A stretch of DNA of 63,569 bases, counting the filler, from Chrysochromulina tobinii (Eukaryota), in the NCBI GenBank assembly GCA_001275005.1. It is 7 parts of 7 records of this genome, joined end to end, with 100 filler letters (N's around TTAATTAATTAA, not from the genome) between each part and the next. Parts side by side here need not be neighbours in the genome. Positions count along the whole stretch, not along the records: positions 50,792 to 60,791 come from JWZX01001032.1; positions 60,892 to 63,569 come from JWZX01001073.1; 5 more parts are not named here. The stretch is one strand, 5' to 3'. A program made the translations under genes and the position numbers. Shown piece by piece: positions 53,900-63,569 of the stretch (position 1 is its first letter; each line of letters begins with the position of its first letter). The notes below the pieces were generated by a model that did no database searches, had not been told where the DNA came from, and saw nothing but the letters and a program-made list of their open reading frames with translations.

Positions 53900-54861
53900 A
53901 CTTGAGGACGCATGAAGCCCTTCCACGCGACCCGCGCACAGCTGCCAACGTCAAAGGGGTACAGCCACGTCGCCCACCCCGTTCGCGACGAGGGCATGGC
54001 GCGCGACGCGTGCAGCGGGACGCGTGACAGCGGGGCGATCGTGCGGCGCATTGTCGCGTGTTCGAGTGCTGCAGTGCTGGCAGGGCGCAGACGAGCATGG
54101 CATTGTTGCATGTGAAGACTCCCATTGTGAAGACTTCACCATCAGCATTGACCAGCTCAACGCGGACCAGCGTAGAGAGGCTCGTCGCGTGGAGCCTGTG
54201 GGAAGAGAGAGGCTGTGGGAAGAGAGCGGCGGTGGGGTTTGCGGTGCCTTCTCGGCCCTCTCGCGGGTCTCTTTGCGAGCCGTTTTAACGTCTGCTCCGC
54301 GAGACTGCGTATCTCCTGCCGAGAGATGGCACCAACACACAGTTGATAATGTTGTGCTGGCCCACGACCCGGCGAGCGGCGTTGAACTTGTGACTAAACT
54401 CTAAAGTTCTCTAAAGCCGTAGTCGGACAGTGATCATAGATCAGTGTACATAGGGTAGACCACAGACGGCACAGTTTGAATTTGTGAAGGTGCAGTGTCG
54501 GAAGGTGAAATTTGTGAAGAGGTTGTGTCTTGCAGTTTGTACAACCAAATACTGTATCCACCAGATGGGCCTTATTGCTGCCCAATTTCACCAATTATGG
54601 ATGAAATCGGAGGCGGTTAGAGGCCATCGGAGACCATGATTGGCAATCAATGGCATCTCGTTCGCGCTAGGGTAAGCACAGTATGTTCCGAGGTCCGAGG
54701 TCCGAGCTAGCTCCGACGCTCCGACGCACCCCCGTTTGAGCAGCCGCCGATGAGCGAAGAGCATGAAGGTGTGTGTGTTATAAATCACACCTATGCCGAC
54801 ATCTCGTCACCTACATTCGTGCTTTCTGTCGTGTTAACGTTCACACTCCATTTTTGTCGCG

Positions 54862-57374
54862 ATGATCGCGCGTGAACTGCACATGAGTCGCCCCGACCAG
54901 GACGCAACGGTTGAGGCCACGCCGCCGCCGCCGGAACCCGAGCCGGCGAGCAAGGGAGGCAAGTCGAACGCGATGGCCGCACGCCTCGCCGCGTTCCAGC
55001 AACCCGCGAGTGACGGCGGCGGGCCCAAGCCGTTCACGGGTGGGGCTGCCGCGCCTCGTGCCCAAACACTCCCGGCCAAGTGCGGGCTCGCGGCCAAGTT
55101 CGAGAGCCAGGCTGCGGTGGGCGCGGAGTCAACCACACTCGACGGCGCCGCCTCCCGTGCGCGCAGCTTCGGCTCGGGCGGCGGCGGCATCGCAGCGCGC
55201 GCCGCGGGACTGCAGTTCAACCCGGCCATGCTCTCGCCCGGCGGCGCGCCCAAGCCGCGTCAGTCATCAAGTGCAAGCGCGAGCGAGCGCGAGGAGGGTG
55301 GCGGCGGTGGCGGCGGCGGCGGCGGCGGCGGCGATGACGACTCTCATCCAGCGCGTCGCGTGGCCACCTTTCCGTTCGGTGCCGCTGGAGTCCCTGCAAC
55401 AGGGATGCCTCTACCCCGGGTAAACAGTGTGAACGTGGGCGGTGTGAACGTGGGCGGTGTGAACGTGGGTGGTGTGAACGTGGGTGGTGCTGGTCTGAGT
55501 CCGGGCGGTGCGAACTCGAGCGGCGCCATCGGAGCGGCGGGCGTGCATGCACGCGCCGTGATGGGCGCGCTGCCGAGTCCGAGTAGCGGCATCGCGGCGC
55601 GTGCCGCAGGCCTGCAGTTCAACCCAGCGATGCTCTCTTCGCAAGGCATGCCGCCACGCCCGCGGCCCCCAGCCCCCTCTGGCACACACGCCTCTGAGGG
55701 AGCCTCTGGCGCTGCCGCCGTAGAGGAGGCCCCCTCTGGTGGTGCCACCATCCTGAGCGCCGATGCCGCCCTGACGCGCGCTCGACCTGCGGCGCGCGGC
55801 CGGCGCAAGCCCACGAAGCAGATCTCAGCGACGGCGGCGGCGGCGGCGGCCGACGAGGACGAGGACGAGGACGACACTCGAGCGTCCGCGACCTCCACCG
55901 CCTCCACCGCCTCCGCTGCCTCCGCTGCCTCCGCGCCGCCCTCGGCGTCGGGTAGGCTGCCTGGCGCCGTATCGGGCAGGCTCGGCCTAGGGAGTCCCAG
56001 CTTGAGCTCGAATCCGAGCTCCAATCTCCCCAATCTGAGCCCGAATGGCCCGCTCAAGGTCGCCGCTGGCATGGGCCACCTCGGCGACCGCGACGCCGCC
56101 GCCGACGACGACGACGACGACGAGGCGACGACGACGCCCAACACGGCGCCGCTGCGGGTAGGCTTGCTCGAGGTCTCAGGCGTCGGCATCACGGGCCAGC
56201 CCAGCTGGGCGCCCTTCAAGTGCGAGCTGACGAGGGACGCCCTGTGCCTGTACACGGCCGTTGGCCGTCCAGAGCTCGTCGGCTCGATTCCATTCGCGGA
56301 TTACGAGGCCTCGCGTCTCCCGAGCAATCCCGACGTCGCCGGCTGCGTGCTGCTGCAGCCGGCGAGTGCAGGCCCGCTCAGCCGGCACGGCAAGGCATGG
56401 GTACGCGTACCGAGCGCCTTCGACCCGAGTACCGCCGTCCGTGCAAAGGAAATGGACGCCTGGAAGGCCGCCATCGACGCCGCCCGCGCCGCCATGCACG
56501 CCGCCGCGGAGGAAGCGACGCATGCTTTGCTCAAGGCCTCGGTGGGCGAGTCGACCTACCAGCAGGCCGTCGAGGAGAGCCGGCGCGCCCGAGACAGCGC
56601 GCGCGCCTTGAGCGGCCGTCTCTCGGGTGGCGCCCAGGACGACGCCGAGGACGACGGGGGGCTGGCCGACCTGAACCGAACTCTGTCGCTCACCCTCACG
56701 CAGGTGATGGCCTCCCTGATGACCTCCCTGATGGCCTCTGATGGCCTCTGATGGCCTCTGATGACCTCTGATTGCCTCCCTCATCAGGGCCTCTCGAGCG
56801 AGGAGCAGCTGCAGATCAACTCGCGCATCCACGCGGCGGGGACTGTGCTCAAGGGCGCTTCCCTCGTCAAGTTCGTACTCGGCCGTCGCAAGCAGCACAG
56901 CCGTTTCTTCAAGGTCGATGGCACAGGCAAGTCGGCGAGGTTGCAGTGGGGCGATGGTGGACACCGAGGAAGGCTCCTCAAGGCGCAGGCAGCACCGCCT
57001 GCCGGCCTCCAGAGGGAACAACGGCTCAGTGACGATGAGCTCGCGCGCTGCTTCTCTGTCGTGCTCGAGGGCAAGGTGCTCGCGCGCTGGATGGGCCCTT
57101 GATGACGTCTGATTGCCTCTGATGACGTCTGATTGGGTCGTGCGCGATGGACCCTTGATGGAACCCGGATGCCCCCTAATGTGGCACCTGATTGCTGCGC
57201 AACACCCCTGATGAGCCCCCTGATTGTCCTCCGATTACATCTAATGACCCCTAATGTGGCACCTGATGGCAGGTCCTCGCGCTCATGGCGGACTCGAAGC
57301 AGACGAAGCTCACATGGGTGGACGGACTCAATGCAGTCGCCGAGGGGCTCTTAAACGCCAAGGCATCGGTCTGA
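54862..57374 (+). CDS. PH-domain protein (two PH-like domains; introns 56704-56787, 57076-57272)
   Basis: GLLEV..W..FKCELTRDALCLY...EMDAWKAAI; GASLVKF..RRKQHSRFFKV..LQW..CFSVV; spliced end LTWVDGL. Confidence 0.72.
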
Positions 57375-58126
57375 GAGGCGCCCAGCGCGGCGCTCGGGTA
57401 CGTGGTGCGCGGGCGGGCGGCGAGAGTCTCAGTACTCAGAGGGTGGGCGAGAGGCGAGAGGCGCGCGCGCGGTGCAACGCGGACGGATGAGAGAACGGCG
57501 CGCGCGGCGCAGAATGATTGTTCGATGAGGTGTGTGCGCCTTGCGCCAGGGCATGGAGCATGCATTGAGGTGTACAAACGTAGAGACGAGAGCCTCAGAG
57601 TCACAGTCAGACGCTATCGAAAACGTCTCTAAAGAGTATAGAGTAAAGTCTGAACACGGACGCGGCGGTCGCGAGTCGAGAGACGTTGTAAAGTAGAGAC
57701 GCGGATAACGAAAATCGAAAATTCGAAATCGCTCAGGCCAGCTCGTGCAAAAATCGTCAGCGGTACGGATGTGCGGTGTACTTACGCAGTCTGAAATATT
57801 GATTGCTCAAATCTATGCCGGCGATCTCCCATTGTTCGGCCGGCTTGCCCGGCATTCTCGTGCACGACTCCGTCAAACTGCAAAGGCAAAGGCCAAGAAT
57901 TCGGGGGCGCTTCTCCCGCCCAAGAGCCGAGCAGTGTTCGCAGGTCGGCGTACCCCCCTTCCCCTTCCAGCGCGTTCTTGTACGTTTGTCCCTTCGTTGA
58001 TTGTAAATGTGCGGACCTTGCTTGCAGCATGCCATGTCTCCTCAGAGTCCGAATGAGGGCCTGTTTGGCGATCATCAGACCGTCATCAGACCGTCATCAG
58101 ACCGTCATCAGATCATCATCAGATCA

Positions 58127-59518
58127 TCAGAATCCTAATGAGGGCCTGGTTGGCGATCGACGAGCCCGCGCCATCATCAGACCGTCGCCCTGCGTGAGTC
58201 TCGACCCTCCGTCTCCAAACACCTCGGCGCCCTCCTCCTCCTCCTCGGGTACGAACGGCTCGTCGTCGTCGCCGCCACCACCCTCAGCAGCGCCGCCGCC
58301 GCCGCCGCCGCCGCCTCCCTCGTCGGGCGGCGGCGGCGCAGACGCTGGGTCGGCCTCGACAAAGGCGCAGATGATGGTGATGTCGTCGGTGCGCGTATCG
58401 TACTGGAGCCACAGGCGGTACGACTCTGCCACGACGGCGCGGCACCCGTCGAGCGGATCGTCAAACTTGAGGAGCATGTCAACCACGGCCTGGTTCGTCA
58501 AGAATTCCCACACGCCGTCGGACGCGAGGACCACGCACTTGTCTCTCGCGCTCAGCTCATAGACCGTGAGCTCCGGCTCGGCGTACACGCCGACGGACTC
58601 CCCCCAAGAGTCCCCAATCGAGCGTGTGAACGCGCAGCCCGGCCCCTGCAGGCTCCCGTCGTCAAACATCGCCCACACACGTGGCGGGTCTCCGGTTTCG
58701 TCAACGGCCTCCCCTTGATTGTCGTTCCACTCCTCGTGCAGGGGCGCGAAGCCCTCGATCTGGCCCGCCGACATGATCGTGCCGCCCGCCGCCTTGATCC
58801 GCTCGCGCTCGTCCTTGCGGAATGGTGTCTGGTCCATCGAGAGCAGCGACGCCTTCACTTGCAACGGGTCGCGCGAGTCGGCTCGGTGCTCGGAGCCCAC
58901 GACGGCGCGCGAGTCGCCCACGTTGGCGATGGTGAGGTGCGTGCCATGGAAGAAGGCGCAGATGGCGGTCGTGCCGCTCATCACCGAGTCGAAGTGCCGC
59001 TTGGACGCCTGTCGGTTGAGCGCCAGGAAGGTCTGCGCATACGCCGTCTCGAAATCTCCCGAGCAGATGCTGAGCTGGCGCTTGAGCTCGCGCTCGAACT
59101 GGTCGCGCACGAAGCCGGAGACCTTGTCGCCGTCGCCGCCGTGCCCGTCGAAGACGCCGAACAGCAGCTGGTCTGCGACGCCGTTGAACTGGCGCACGAT
59201 GCGGTACGAGTCCTGGTTGGCTTTGTTGAGCGCATCCGGGTAGTAGCCGCGCTGCGTCAGGTACGCAAAGCGCAGCCCGAGGCCACCGCCGAGGGCAAAC
59301 CACTCGGAGCGATCGCTGCATTCGATGCGCGCGTTGATCTGCGCCCACGAGAGCGGGCCGGGAGGTTGTGGTTCACTGGGCTCAGGCGGCGGCGGCGGCG
59401 GCGGCGGCTGTATCGCGGTGGGAATCGAGCCAGAGCCCCACGCGCTCGACGATGCTGCTGTCTTGGTCATCGATTTACTGAGCTTCGGTGCCGGGTGCTG
59501 CTTCATGGTGGGCGGCAT
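58127..59518 (-). CDS. PP2C (PPM) protein phosphatase (3' end uncertain)
   Basis: QRGYYPD..NQD, FGVFDGHG, SGTTA, ANVGDSRA, LASDGVWE, DDIT. Confidence 0.93.
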   Translation of the reverse strand: MPPTMKQHPAPKLSKSMTKTAASSSAWGSGSIPTAIQPPPPPPPPEPSEPQPPGPLSWAQINARIECSDRSEWFALGGGLGLRFAYLTQRGYYPDALNKANQDSYRIVRQFNGVADQLLFGVFDGHGGDGDKVSGFVRDQFERELKRQLSICSGDFETAYAQTFLALNRQASKRHFDSVMSGTTAICAFFHGTHLTIANVGDSRAVVGSEHRADSRDPLQVKASLLSMDQTPFRKDERERIKAAGGTIMSAGQIEGFAPLHEEWNDNQGEAVDETGDPPRVWAMFDDGSLQGPGCAFTRSIGDSWGESVGVYAEPELTVYELSARDKCVVLASDGVWEFLTNQAVVDMLLKFDDPLDGCRAVVAESYRLWLQYDTRTDDITIICAFVEADPASAPPPPDEGGGGGGGGGAAEGGGGDDDEPFVPEEEEEGAEVFGDGGSRLTQGDGLMMARARRSPTRPSLGF

Positions 59519-60791
59519 CGTCGCCGCCGCGGCGTCCTGGGCAGCCACGAAGGGGAGGATAGGATCCTGGCGCTCCCCGGAAAAAGATGTTTCGGCGAGT
59601 TCAATCTCTAAGTTTGAGAAAGTTTGGCGAATCGGAAAAGACGGCAAACACAGTGGAAGGAAGGACCGGTTTCTGTTACCAACTTCGAGAAAAAGGTGAC
59701 GTGTTCGCGGGATTTTGACGAGACTTCTGCGACGACGCGCCTTTTCACGACGTCCTCTCGACGCGAGGTGCGCGGGCTCGTGCGATACCGCCGCAGCGAG
59801 GGCCTTGCCACCCCACCGCACAAGCCCAGCGCCAAGCCGAGCCATCGCGCCGTCAAGCAACATCCACGCGCACTCCTCTAAACCGCGGCAAGGCCCTCCG
59901 ATGCCTCGCCGCGGTTCGCTGAGATGCAACAGTCACGGTGGCTGCCTCTCCCTTTATTGGGACGGGTGGCTGCGATCGGCCGTATAGGTCTTACCCTTGT
60001 ATCCCACTTACCCGGGTGATAGAGGCAACGGTCCGTTCCATCCTTCTTTCATGCTCCAGATGACGCACCGCGCATGTTCACAAGCACCATGCCTCGTGAG
60101 CTCATTGCAATCACCGCCCACCGCTACCATCCGTGGCACCGTGTGGCGCGCCGCTCTCGGTCATACTCTGCTCTCGCCACGGCAGGTGGACTGTCGAATG
60201 AATGACGTCGCGCTGTGGCTCGATTCGCGTGCGCTGCGCTCTCTCCACAGGTTGCAACGTTGCATGACGTTAGCGCGGCTGAAGGCGACATCACAGCAGC
60301 ACTCTGATAAGTTTGTTGAACGCACGAGGTGGGAAGTTACGCGGGCTGCATCCAGTCGGGGAATGGCTATGGGGGTCAGCCAAGCCTTAGCCAAGCCGCG
60401 AGAAAGAAGCCTCCTTTTCGACGAGTCGGGGTCCACGTGTTTGTCGTCGCGGGCCCGCCGCGTCCCGTCGGGCGACCGACCTCGCGATAACGTCCAAACG
60501 TGTGAAAACGAATAGTAGTCCGGGCATTCAAACTCTGTACCTTAAGAGCCTTTGGCATCTCCCGATTTTGTGCTCAACACACTTCGTGTCGACGTGTCTC
60601 AGTAGACTGCGCTGCAGGGCGGCGTGGCGCGATCACCGTCCTCTGGCGCAAACTGCGCCGCGAGCGCCCAGGGAAGCGCTAGCAGCGCATGCGCATGCGG
60701 ATCACGCTGGTCATGGAGCGGCGGCAGCGACGGCGGCGGCGGTAGTGTCGGGTACGGGAGCGCCTCCGCATAAGACGCGAGCAGCAGTGTC

Positions 60792-60891
60792 NNNNNNNNN
60801 NNNNNNNNNNNNNNNNNNNNNNNNNNNNNNNNNNNTTAATTAATTAANNNNNNNNNNNNNNNNNNNNNNNNNNNNNNNNNNNNNNNNNNNN
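60792..60891. other. Artificial contig linker
   Basis: N-run with TTAATTAATTAA. Confidence 0.98.
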
Positions 60892-61899
60892 CCTTGCCCT
60901 TGCCCTTGCGCACGACGACGCCCTCGAGCCGCGAGGCTGGGACGCCGCGCGGTCGGCGCTCTTCCGCGAGCAGGTGGAGTTTGGTCGGAACCATGTACGT
61001 GCGATCGACTGCGCTGTGCAGAGATTCTAGACGCGCGCTTCCAACGCTTCCAGACGCTTTGCGCGGCGCGGTCCTAGCAACGTTCACAGAAAATCCGGTC
61101 ACCGTGCGTGGTGGTGAGCGCGGGGGGAACGCGACGAAACTACTGACTCGCTTACACCCTAGTTTTACACCTTTTCTACGCAGCTTCAACGAAACTCAAA
61201 ATGCCCTCGGCGATGCAGACGGCGCAATGGCCGACGCCGGCGGCCACCCCAACTGACAGCTCGGCGCACGGATGGCCGCTCATGCTGCCTCCCGAGCCAC
61301 TCCGCTTCTACACACGCATGATGCTCGCGCGCCTGCGCCAGCGCGCCGCCACGGCTGCCGTCGAAGGCGCGCCGAGCAACGACGACCCTCTGGTACTCGA
61401 AGTACTCGAAGGTGCTCTCACGTCGCTCCGGGTGTGTGCAGTCGATGGCGGCAAGGAGGGTGCTGCGCCCGCAGCAGCAGCCTCCGCGTCGCCGCCGCAG
61501 CCGTCGCTGCTGTCGCTGCCTCATAGTCAGCTGTTTGCTGCTGCTCTGGCATTCGGTCAGTGACGCGGCGCGAGCGGATCTTATGGCGGCGACGGCGGCC
61601 ACGCTTTGCGCTGCCGTGGACGCCGCCACCACCCGCGCCGCCGCCGTCGCCCCCACCGACTCGGCGGCCGGCGCCGCGCCTCTGTGCTCTGAGCCCCTGA
61701 CAATGGGTCGCCACGCTCCGACTGCTGCAATACGTACTCTCTGATTTGTTCAGACTTCGGTTTCGTTAGCCACGCCCAGCCGCGGCACATGATGCCGGCG
61801 CACCTCATGTTATAACGCACAGTCAAATCAAATCACATCACAACTAACACCAAAACCGAACCACCCAACCGATATTACGAGCACCAGCCACCACCCAAG

Positions 61900-63569
61900 G
61901 CAGTCTGTGCGGAACAAGTTGACATTCGCCATTGCAAGCTCACCCACGACCACTAACGCCGTCGTGGGCGAGGATGTGCCCGCCACGTCGCCGGCCGCTC
62001 CGACGACGCGAGTGAGATCTGAGATGAGCTTCACACGAGTGAGATGAGATGAGCTTCACACGTCGCCATGAGAGGCCGGGCCCACTCGGTCGCGTTGGGC
62101 TTCATGGTCGCGCACGCCTGCACGAGCGGCGCCATCAGCTCCGGCGGTGCAGTGAGCTCGCGCACGCACCGCTCCCGACGTTCGCCACCACAGCGCGTGC
62201 GACAACCTCGTCGAGCTCGCCGCGCTTGGCAAGCGAGGTGAGCGCACGCAGCGCGCACGTCGCCTCGTGCGCGCCCACCTCGGGGCTGCGGGCCGCGGCC
62301 GCGTCGTAACAGCGCGAGATCCGCGGCCCGTCGAGCCGGCAGGAGGCTAAGGAGGAGGAGGAGGCACCCCCGCCGCCGCTCTTCCCCGCGCAGTGCTTGC
62401 TCAGCTCGACGACGATCGACCAGAGCGCGGAGCGGCCGGCGCGACGTGGCGCACTCATCGGCGTCGACGTCGCGGCGTCGGCGTCGGCGTCGGCGTCGAG
62501 GAGGGCGACGGCAGCCTTGCCGAGGTGGGAGGGAACCGCTGCAGCTGCGCGAACTTCGCCACGCCGCGTGCGAGCATCGCCTCCGTCTCGGCGCCTCCGT
62601 CTCGGCCGTCATCCCCTCAAGTAGCGCCCACACGACCGCCTGGTGCGGACTCTCATTCACATTCACATTCACACTCGCACCGGTTTCGTCCGCGGGCAGG
62701 TAGCAACGGTCGAGCGGCACGAGCAGCCCATCGCGGAGCAGGTCGAGCGCCGCGTCGCTCACGCTGGTCTCGGCATCGCGCAGCAGCGGCAGCACGCCCG
62801 ACAGCCACGCAGCGCGCACCCCGGGCGCCGCGGGGTTCTGCGTCAGCAGCTCGCCGAGCGTCCTGGCTGCCTGCTTGCGGATCAAGGGCGACGAGTCCTG
62901 GCAACGCTTGGCCACGACGCCGAGCTGCGCCGTCCCGAGCTGCACGCCCGCCGCGCGCACCACCGTCTCGAGCGTGCCGAGCGCGGCGCGGCGCACGTTG
63001 ACCTTTGGGTCGACGCACATGCTGAGCAGCTGCTGGCTCAGCACGGCGAACGACACGTCGACCGTGCTCGCCGCCTCGAGCAGCGCGGCCGCGGGCGACG
63101 CGAGCGCCGAGGGTGTGAGCGAGACGAGCGAGCCGGTCGCACTCGGCGCCGCGGCGCCGCCTGAGCGCGAGAGGCCGCTGCATGGCGTGGCGTGGTGTGA
63201 ATGTGAAGAGTGGCATGATGCCGCGCCGCTGGCCGGCGTGGGCCGTTCCGAAGGCGGCGGCGGCATCTGCACGAGCCGCAGGAGCTCGCGCGTGGGCGCC
63301 TCCTCCTGCAGCTCCTTGAGCACCTTGCCGAGCACTCCGACCGTCTTGGCGCGCACGGCCGCCACCTTGTCCGACAAGCGTTGCACCAGCAGCCGCCAGA
63401 GCGCCTGCGGGATGCCGTCGCCGTGCAGCCCTGTAGGGCGCGCCGGCGTCCGTGGCGTGCGGTTGACGCCCTGCTCGGGCGCGTGCGGCGCGCCCGCCGC
63501 CTCGCGCAGCACCGCACCCGCCATCTCAACGGCGAACGTGCGCGCGGACGGCTTGGCCGTGCGCGCGTA
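61900..63569 (-). pseudogene. NCAPD3: Condensin II subunit CAP-D3-like HEAT protein, frameshifted (pseudogene or assembly error); 5' part outside the window
   Basis: RLSDKVAAVRAK, DPKVNVRRAAL, RCQDSSPLIRKQA, WLSGVLPLLRDAETSV; the protein-like frame shifts several times after 62606. Confidence 0.6.

Noticed and set aside
60892..61744. Coding fragments on the + strand
   Set aside because: Broken across frames with no recognisable domain; possibly a pseudogene but unsupported.

Overview
High-GC eukaryotic nuclear DNA, most consistent with a haptophyte alga. This is an inference from GT-AG introns packed with 10-11 bp tandem repeats, bipartite plastid-targeting leaders and a tandem-AP2 protein. 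The window is seven contig pieces joined by artificial 100-nt N/TTAATTAATTAA linkers, so adjacency across linkers means nothing. Contig 1 is a partial DIRS/tyrosine-recombinase-type retroelement with an intact RT-RNase H ORF and a divergently oriented gag-like CCCH ORF. The other contigs carry host genes: a tandem-AP2/Tudor/RING protein, C2, BSD, DHHC palmitoyltransferase, a PetC-like Rieske protein, a fucosyltransferase, GDT1/TMEM165, FPGS with a Dpy-30-like N-terminus, a PBK/TOPK-like kinase, an ankyrin protein, a 7TM-TKL kinase, P450, MYB, RCC1, WD40, a PH protein, PP2C and a frameshifted CAP-D3. The most interesting signals are (i) an AP2 array whose sequence variation is concentrated in the DNA-contacting strands, (ii) repeat-filled introns whose two splice junctions are direct repeats of each other, and (iii) the head-to-head gag/RT retroelement with a hairpin-rich 3' region. 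All calls are by-eye motif recognition; no database searches were run.
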